From Verrucomicrobiota bacterium (GTDB taxonomy: Bacteria; Verrucomicrobiota; Verrucomicrobiia; Chthoniobacterales; UBA6821): a DNA stretch of 32,000 bases. Below are positions 27,101-32,000 of the stretch, in pieces. The notes beneath the pieces are model-generated. The model was given only the letters and a program-made list of their open reading frames with translations. It was not told where the DNA came from and did no database searches. The stretch's first letter is position 1, and each line of letters starts with the position of its first letter. The position numbers and the translations under genes were made by a program. The stretch covers positions 1 through 32,000 of the forward strand of contig WBXG01000006.1 of the NCBI GenBank assembly GCA_008932965.1, in the 5' to 3' direction.

Positions 27101-27160
27101 CTAGAACCTAAAAAAAATGGGGTGATTCGCTCGGGGAGTGATTCAGAAACTATTGAGTGA
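24104..27160 (+). CDS. addB: AddB-like PD-(D/E)XK nuclease subunit carrying an in-frame MITE
   Basis: The 1018-aa product has a degenerate helicase-like N-terminal half and a C-terminal RecB-type nuclease motif, GRIDRID...IIDYKT. It overlaps the downstream UvrD/AddA-like gene by 4 nt (GTGA). Confidence 0.7.
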   Translation: MSTSPQPLFFDWKNPWLPPLATYLLHTWNQGTSASQEDLSSTVVVLPGRRAGRRLLELLALEAEKEKWNLNPPSIVTLREAVTLLLKPSEKTLPEASGVLQRFAWREAFRMLPKYHRDHIQPFSKKVIPPRSSEVLIGIIESLAEEIGSKGLDFHTVAVRVGEVFPESAEREQPRWEALAYLQKTYRKMMASWGYSDPADFLRSSLTHGEVSKGVRVLVAGVVEAPPLFESFFEKIKPAVIIIAPKEHAAGFTNHGLLVKEYWLEHPPVIQDTELLPCERNEDQAKEVVRLITPFKDRRSEVTVALPDSSTLPLLQTRLAHVGVTTRWAGGLPFRGGRLYQLLRAIAHFLDHHNYSGPTIAALSALVRHPDIYPHCMAPEAFLKKLDLLEREHLPLFLDKGSLASFKKNEDLLLWIDELETLIGIGSEPVSLEEGASKLRTLLQHLFGKRKVRGNTFEGHYFLGCLEECLHLLDEIEEMGPHISEHFSMSAFLENLLELLKEKNIPEQEEPEALELLGWLELQADDAPYCIITSCHEGSFPQSLTSNPFLSQGLRSRLGLSEESLLLARDHYLLQSIMASRQVILIAPRYNGRGEPARPSRLLMLGLTLEELPQRVLQLTQPLLAPIFHTDRDEETAKANGAGASESTQARILKQGCRSLTQHPSAFSTSAGDRYEISGLKEEKIKERALPHHASHFHARPLGTEKVTCVTVTGLRTYLQSPRLFYLQHVLRLHEVEEAPLEMNAGHFGRLIHEVLGAFGMEEKNIPSTDARTLSEWLRRKLFSIAEHYFAPGPSLPIQLQLEAMAETLDGFAQAQVAHYQEGWRIIAAENNHYSSSPVIEEKMALDEGGSLLLQGRIDRIDWNYKLSRWMIIDYKTRHDQEWSNATPDREHFQKKGEKILWKDLQLPLYLRLSAHWKAIQESGLPAPTIENTDLCYFQLPIETEQAGVSEPFDPKMILPGWNEARRIMKAIVDGNFDALGTIEAIRMPTLAALCGISILEPKKNGVIRSGSDSETIE
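25976..26141 (+). mobile_element. MITE-like element, 166-bp copy, intragenic (addB-like)
   Basis: It is flanked by TA at 25974-25975 and 26142-26143, with termini gccccgatatttcatactgatc ... gatcggtatgaaatatctgggc. It is translated in frame as APIFHTDRDEETAKANG...DRYEISGL. Confidence 0.92.
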
Positions 27161-30100
27161 TTATGCCTCTTTTTATTCAACGAGCTTCAGCGGGATCAGG
27201 TAAAACAGAGCAACTTGCACGCCGTTATTTGCAGATTCTTTTGAATAAAGATCTCATGGGCTATGAGGTCGATCCAGTTACAATTGTAGCAGCAACGTTT
27301 ACCCGGGAGGCTGCAGGAGAAATTTTAAATCGTATTTTGAAAATACTTTCGACCGCATGTCTGGATAGATCGGTCTGCCAAAGGATTGTCGAAGAGACAC
27401 CCCTCCCCGTCCCATCACCAATCGAATGCCAACGATTACTCCGACGACTCATGGAGCGCATCGATGAGCTTCGTATTGGAACCATCGATTCCCTTTTCGC
27501 TCAGCAAGCACGTGCTTTTGTATTGGATCTTGGAATAGCCCCTCATTGGGAAATTGCAGATAGTCTGACGGTCCATAAACTGGCCCAAAGAACCTTGCTT
27601 CATCTCTTGAAGTTAGATCCGCTCTTTGCACAAGATTGGAAGATTCTCCACCACTTTCAACGATCCCTTTCCTTGGTGAAAAAAGGGGCTCTTCTTCTTG
27701 AAAAAAATCGTTTTGTCGCACGTCATGAGCTACTCGAAACAACTCCAGAAAAAAAATCTCCTCCACGAAGGGTTTCAAGAGAAGACCAAACATCGATTCA
27801 TCACTTTTTTTCCTCATTTCATATTCCTCTTACTGGTCAGGGAAAACCGAATGGGCATTGGATTGCTGCTATAAAAAAAATAGAAGAGGCTTTTTCTCAA
27901 CCGCTCTATCTCAAGGATGTATTAGACCATAGTCCTCTTTTCTCTCAACTACTTCATGAGGAACCCCGTTTTTATGGAAAAGAAATACCACCAGAATTCA
28001 TTTATTTTTTTTCTCCGTTAATAGAAGCTTCACAAGCTGAACAACAACGCTTGGCCTTACTTCGAGAAGGAGCATTGCATCGGCTTGCACACGATTATCA
28101 CTATCTCCGAAGTGACTATTCCTTTGACGAAGGTCGCTACACTTTTCAAGAAATTGAAGAAATAGTAAGTCTCTCCTCCCAGAAAATATCTAAGGAGGAA
28201 ATCGAATTTCAGATGGACCTCTCTACGGAGCATCTCTTAATTGATGAATATCAGGATACCAGCGAGCGTCAGCATGCCTTTCTCTCTCCTTTGATTGGAG
28301 ATGTGCTCGCAAAGGGAGGGGTTGCCTTTGTGGTTGGAGATGTGAAGCAGGGAATTTATGGATGGCGTGGAGGAAAGCGGCATCTTCTAGGTTCTTTAGA
28401 AAAAGACTACGAATCCTATCTTCAAAAAACCAAGCTTCACCACACAAGTTATCGTTCTAGCCCTGCCATTCTAGCAGCAGTGAATCACGTTTTTGAGGCA
28501 CTCAAAAATTCAGATGTTGTTGAAGGAATGAACGCTGGAGAGCCATTTAAAGAAGCTGCAGCACGCTGGTCGCTTGAATTTGAACCCCAGGTATCAGCTA
28601 CTTCTGTTGTTGGCTTAAAAGGGAGTGTCACGCTTCACAAAATTCCAGTGGCTCCAGGAGAGCTTCAGAATGAGATCATGGAATTGGTTATTCAAAAAGT
28701 AGTGGAGCTAGTAGTAGCTCATCGACGAGAAGATCCATTACGTGAAATTGCAATTCTTGTGAGACGCACGAAATTTATTCCTTCTCTACTTTTGAACTTA
28801 CGAGAGAGTGGAATATTAGCAAGTGGAGAGGGAGGCAATCCACTCGCTGATACGTTGGCTGTTGAGGTGCTCCTCTCCCTACTCTCATGGATGGAGCATC
28901 CAGGAAATTCTGCAGCCTATGAACATGTACACTCATCCCCATTAGGAGATCTGTTAAAAGAACAGGGAGCTTCCCCCTCCACTCAAGGGGCTGCACTACG
29001 TGAACTACTAGTGGATCGGGGTTATGCAACATGCCTGCGTGCCTGGGCCACACGACCGGTTTTTCAAGAGGCATGCAGTGATTATGAAAAGGAACGCCTG
29101 GAACAATTCATAGCAATGGCTTCCCGCTTTGAATTGCTTGGTGGTGGGGCTCCCTCAGATCTTGTGGCACGGGCACGTGAGGAGCGCGTGGAGAGCCCTT
29201 TAAGTCGTGGAGTGAGGGTGCTTAGCATGCATGCTGCCAAGGGGCTCGAGTTTGAAAGTGTTGTTCTCATGGATCTCGACACCTCTATTTTTGGTGGGAG
29301 TGCCCATGCAATGCGTGTTCAAACAACAGATGATGGAAAATTCTTTATTCAGAATAATCGTGAAATGACCTTGCTACAAGGGAGAGAGCATTTATTAAAA
29401 ATCCATCAAGAGGAGCAATGGGAGGAGGCATTGAGCCTCCTTTATGTGGCGATGACACGAGCGATTTGCTTTTTAGATATTGTGCTCATGGACGATGTGA
29501 ACCGGAAAATTCCAAAAAAAAGCATGGCAGGATGGCTACGTGTCTCTGGGCTTGAAGACCATCAACATGATGGTCTTTCGTTACGCGAGCAAAGAACAAA
29601 AACAGCTCTAGCCCCCATATTTCATACCGATCTACTACGGAAGCCGGGAAGTCAGATGGATGCTGCGTTGAGCTCGAAGTCTTCCTCGGGCAGTAGGGAC
29701 TCATACAGCCCTGCGTCAAAATATGTGTCTGCGTTGACTTGCTCGCTCCCGCTCGTCTCGCCCTTTCAGGGCTGCCCCCTTAAAGCCAGGGCAGTCTCCA
29801 CCGCGGTCTCCCGACCGCCGGTGGTGCCCCATCAGCTTTCGCAGCCTCCTCTTCACGATCAGAATAAAATATGCGGGCTAGAAAGTAATAGTGATAAGAA
29901 AAAGCCGTGTTCGTTCGAGGTAACCTCACTTCAAAGGTCTCCACTATTGCTGAAGCGAACCCCCTCCAAAGAAAATCAAAAAGGGCTTCATGCGTTATCT
30001 GACTATTTTTATGATCGGAAAGCCCGTTCCTATGGAATCGTCCAGCATCGTGCACTAGCTCAGATAGAATGGATTAACAGGACTGCATCTCATCCATTGA

Positions 30101-30441
30101 ACGAAATACTAGAGAAGAAAGAAGATCATGCTGTTTTTGATGAGGAGTATTTTTTCTCTAAATGGAAAAAATGGGGAATTACCACATTGGAGGTCTGGAG
30201 GGAGCGGCGCTTTGCTGTGATTCAAAAAAACGAACTACTCGTAGGGACTTTTGATCGAGTTATTATAGGTTCCCTTGAAAAACCCATGGTGGCTGAAATC
30301 GTCGATTTTAAAACAGCTCCAGCCCAGGACAAAGAGCGACGTTGTCATCACTACGAGCTGCAGCTCGAGGAGTATCGAAAGGCTCTTCAACATTTGCTTC
30401 CAACATTAAGACACATTGAAACAAAAGTTGTTTGGATTTAA
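27157..30441 (+). CDS. addA: AddA-like UvrD-family helicase-nuclease carrying an in-frame MITE
   Basis: It has Walker A (ASAGSGKTEQL), DEYQDT, YRSSP, HAAKGLEFESVVL and LLYVAMTRA motifs, and a C-terminal nuclease motif GTFDRV...IVDFKT. Confidence 0.8.
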   Translation: MIMPLFIQRASAGSGKTEQLARRYLQILLNKDLMGYEVDPVTIVAATFTREAAGEILNRILKILSTACLDRSVCQRIVEETPLPVPSPIECQRLLRRLMERIDELRIGTIDSLFAQQARAFVLDLGIAPHWEIADSLTVHKLAQRTLLHLLKLDPLFAQDWKILHHFQRSLSLVKKGALLLEKNRFVARHELLETTPEKKSPPRRVSREDQTSIHHFFSSFHIPLTGQGKPNGHWIAAIKKIEEAFSQPLYLKDVLDHSPLFSQLLHEEPRFYGKEIPPEFIYFFSPLIEASQAEQQRLALLREGALHRLAHDYHYLRSDYSFDEGRYTFQEIEEIVSLSSQKISKEEIEFQMDLSTEHLLIDEYQDTSERQHAFLSPLIGDVLAKGGVAFVVGDVKQGIYGWRGGKRHLLGSLEKDYESYLQKTKLHHTSYRSSPAILAAVNHVFEALKNSDVVEGMNAGEPFKEAAARWSLEFEPQVSATSVVGLKGSVTLHKIPVAPGELQNEIMELVIQKVVELVVAHRREDPLREIAILVRRTKFIPSLLLNLRESGILASGEGGNPLADTLAVEVLLSLLSWMEHPGNSAAYEHVHSSPLGDLLKEQGASPSTQGAALRELLVDRGYATCLRAWATRPVFQEACSDYEKERLEQFIAMASRFELLGGGAPSDLVARAREERVESPLSRGVRVLSMHAAKGLEFESVVLMDLDTSIFGGSAHAMRVQTTDDGKFFIQNNREMTLLQGREHLLKIHQEEQWEEALSLLYVAMTRAICFLDIVLMDDVNRKIPKKSMAGWLRVSGLEDHQHDGLSLREQRTKTALAPIFHTDLLRKPGSQMDAALSSKSSSGSRDSYSPASKYVSALTCSLPLVSPFQGCPLKARAVSTAVSRPPVVPHQLSQPPLHDQNKICGLESNSDKKKPCSFEVTSLQRSPLLLKRTPSKENQKGLHALSDYFYDRKARSYGIVQHRALAQIEWINRTASHPLNEILEKKEDHAVFDEEYFFSKWKKWGITTLEVWRERRFAVIQKNELLVGTFDRVIIGSLEKPMVAEIVDFKTAPAQDKERRCHHYELQLEEYRKALQHLLPTLRHIETKVVWI
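29611..29878 (-). mobile_element. MITE-like element, full 268-bp copy, intragenic (addA-like)
   Basis: It is flanked by TA at 29609-29610 and 29879-29880, with termini gcccccatatttcataccgatc ... gatcagaataaaatatgcgggc. It contains the GC-rich module in reverse orientation. Confidence 0.92.
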
Positions 30442-30614
30442 CCCGCATATTTCATACCAATCACCTGTGGAGATCGGGTCAGATAGATGATGCGTTCATC
30501 TCAAAGTCTTCCTCAGGCAGTGTGTACACGCGCATATGTCGTCAGACTTCATCGCTCGTCTTGCCCTATCAGCCTCGAGACCTCCTAGTCACGATCAGTA
30601 TGAAATATCCTGGC
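30441..30614 (-). mobile_element. MITE-like element, 174-bp copy
   Basis: It is flanked by TA at 30439-30440 (the first two bases of the addA-like TAA stop) and 30615-30616, with termini acccgcatatttcatacc ... gatcagtatgaaatatcctggc. Confidence 0.88.
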
Positions 30615-30624
30615 TAACCCCAGA

Positions 30625-30870
30625 TTAAATTACATTACCTGGATCTAAGCCTACCTTGCCTGCATCAGCTACCTGCGTCTTACTCGAAATCGGCGATGCT
30701 GGTAATGATGATGCTATCCCACTTTCATTTATCTTACTTGGAGATGTTCCTGAAACTTGATTCGATGATGGTTGCAACCCATTCCCTTGAGCCGAAGAAG
30801 GAGTATTAGGGGAGGCTGCAGAAACCTCCATAGCACTTAGAGATACACTATTGTTTGGTATGTTATTCAT
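30625..30870 (-). CDS. Hypothetical 81-aa Ser/Pro/Asn-rich low-complexity protein
   Basis: The only evidence is an open frame with no recognisable domain. It is flanked on both sides by MITE copies. Confidence 0.35.
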   Translation of the reverse strand: MNNIPNNSVSLSAMEVSAASPNTPSSAQGNGLQPSSNQVSGTSPSKINESGIASSLPASPISSKTQVADAGKVGLDPGNVI

Positions 30871-30894
30871 AGGAAATAGTTAGTTTTGAGATTA

Positions 30895-31020
30895 GCCTAA
30901 ATATTTTATACTGATCGTGACGAGGCGGCCGTGAAGACTGATGGGGCAAGACTTCGAGATCAACGCAGTAATGAGGAGCTTTCCACAAGCCGTAATAGAT
31001 TTAGTGTGAAATATCCGGGT
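30895..31020 (+). mobile_element. MITE-like element, 126-bp copy
   Basis: It is flanked by TA at 30893-30894 and 31021-31022, with termini gcctaaatattttatactgatcgtgacgagg ... gtgtgaaatatccgggt. Confidence 0.88.
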
Positions 31021-31037
31021 TAGATTAAATTGCCCTC

Positions 31038-31283
31038 CTAGACGCGACTCGTGGCAACCTGGTTATTGAATGGAGAGCCCACTTTTTGAGCAGCGTTGAC
31101 TGAGGTGGTATTAGTGGTGGTCTCAGTAGTTGCTGGACTGTTTTGAGGAAGTCCTCTCGAAGGACTCACCGAGCTTTTAGTGCCCTTTGATATTGCTGAG
31201 TTTCTTTGTGCATTAGGGGTATTGACAGCTTGGGGTGGACTTATCGAGTATTTACTACTCGATTGGACAGAAGAAATAGCCAT
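31038..31283 (-). CDS. Hypothetical 81-aa Ser/Thr/Asn-rich low-complexity protein
   Basis: The only evidence is an open frame. It has the same length and compositional style as 30625..30870. Confidence 0.35.
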   Translation of the reverse strand: MAISSVQSSSKYSISPPQAVNTPNAQRNSAISKGTKSSVSPSRGLPQNSPATTETTTNTTSVNAAQKVGSPFNNQVATSRV

Positions 31284-31362
31284 AAGGATGAGTTGGTTGG
31301 TTTTTATTTAACAGGGTTTGCTGACAAGTCACCATAGGAACATTTTTTAAAAAAATTGCACT

Positions 31363-31992
31363 CTATTTTTTTTGATAAAATCGAAGTGCTTCTATTGGGG
31401 TTCTAAGTTCATAAAATGGATAGATTCCATTTCTCCCCTTCTCACCAGGATCAAGGACGAGATAATCGAGTCCTTCTTTACCCACAAGGAGAAGAAAATG
31501 AGTTTTTCCTGTTGGCCTGCGTATACGTATGATCACCGGATTCCCCCATAACAGATTCCAATCGATAAGCCCATAGCTGGGGTAATCTTCATATCGATGG
31601 ATAGCCTTATTGGGAGGAAATGTTGCTGCTACCTCCCATTTAATCCAAGCATCCCCTTCATAGCCGTTGTGTTCTATGAGGTAGTTATTGAGTTTTTTAG
31701 GATCGACATCATCTCCATAAAAACGAAGCACCATGGCTGCTGCACTCAAGGCACACCCTGCAGAGCCTATCGTATCGTTACTTGTTCCAAGCTGCTCCTG
31801 GCTCCAAAGTGGATCTTGTTGGAAAAAGGGGTTCACCGGAATTTCCATTCTTCCTAGGATAGGAATTCCTCCATGACCACTGATTGAACCCCTCCAGAAC
31901 CATAGGGTGAGTATGGTGCTAAGAAGCAGTATCGGCAGAAGCGTATTTTGTTTTCCAAGAATGACCTTTGTAGAGGAATACATTTGATGCAT
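31363..31992 (-). CDS. Peptidase C39-like (papain-fold cysteine peptidase) domain protein with N-terminal anchor
   Basis: It has a hydrophobic N-terminal segment, a candidate catalytic Cys in GSAGCALSAAAMVL, and a downstream His in GKTHFLLLVG. Confidence 0.55.
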   Translation of the reverse strand: MHQMYSSTKVILGKQNTLLPILLLSTILTLWFWRGSISGHGGIPILGRMEIPVNPFFQQDPLWSQEQLGTSNDTIGSAGCALSAAAMVLRFYGDDVDPKKLNNYLIEHNGYEGDAWIKWEVAATFPPNKAIHRYEDYPSYGLIDWNLLWGNPVIIRIRRPTGKTHFLLLVGKEGLDYLVLDPGEKGRNGIYPFYELRTPIEALRFYQKK

Positions 31993-32000
31993 GATTCTCT

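Noticed and set aside
25976-29878. An intein, group I/II intron or other self-splicing element as the nature of the in-frame inserts in the addB/addA-like genes.
   Set aside because: The inserts are only 56 and 90 codons, with no intein blocks (no Cys/Ser at the N-terminus, no His-Asn at the C-terminus) and no homing-endonuclease motifs. They are the same TA-flanked repeat found in intergenic DNA. I also noticed CUGAUGG ... GAAA strings, but the hammerhead core (CUGANGA) is not satisfied.
1-31022. A CRISPR array as an explanation for the many repeats.
   Set aside because: The repeats are 31-268 bp imperfect palindromes scattered over 31 kb in both orientations. They are not short direct repeats with regular unique spacers, and no cas genes are present.

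Overview
This is a roughly 43% GC chromosomal window from a Gram-negative bacterium. It carries LPS genes and shows little Shine-Dalgarno usage. The gene content would fit a PVC-superphylum-like organism, but I cannot assign a taxon from sequence alone. Most of the window is housekeeping: proS, pfkA, an EamA transporter, an M29 aminopeptidase, uspA-like, a K+ channel-like gene, rpsO-pnp, kdsA-lptC-lptA-lptB-hprK-ptsH, a PpiD-like chaperone, dnaX and an addB/addA-like helicase-nuclease pair.

The standout is a dense family of TA-flanked, palindromic MITE-like elements. Their terminal inverted repeats are RCCCGGATATTTCATACTGATC ... GATCAGTATGAAATATCCGGGY. I count 16 loci, about 2 kb or 6% of the window, in nested size classes of 31, 62, 87, 126, 166-174 and 268 bp. 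No transposase is present in the window.

Three copies sit inside long ORFs without breaking them: the addB-like gene, the addA-like gene and a lipoprotein signal peptide. Each adds an exact multiple of 3 bp (168, 270 and 270 bp including the TA duplication) at a Leu YTA codon. This recalls the Rickettsia palindromic elements. Other copies abut or supply stop or start codons.

Secondary observations are a poly-C frameshift splitting an FGE-sulfatase-domain secreted protein, a tandem 65-bp hairpin repeat after proS, and two 81-aa low-complexity ORFs interleaved with elements next to a C39-like peptidase.
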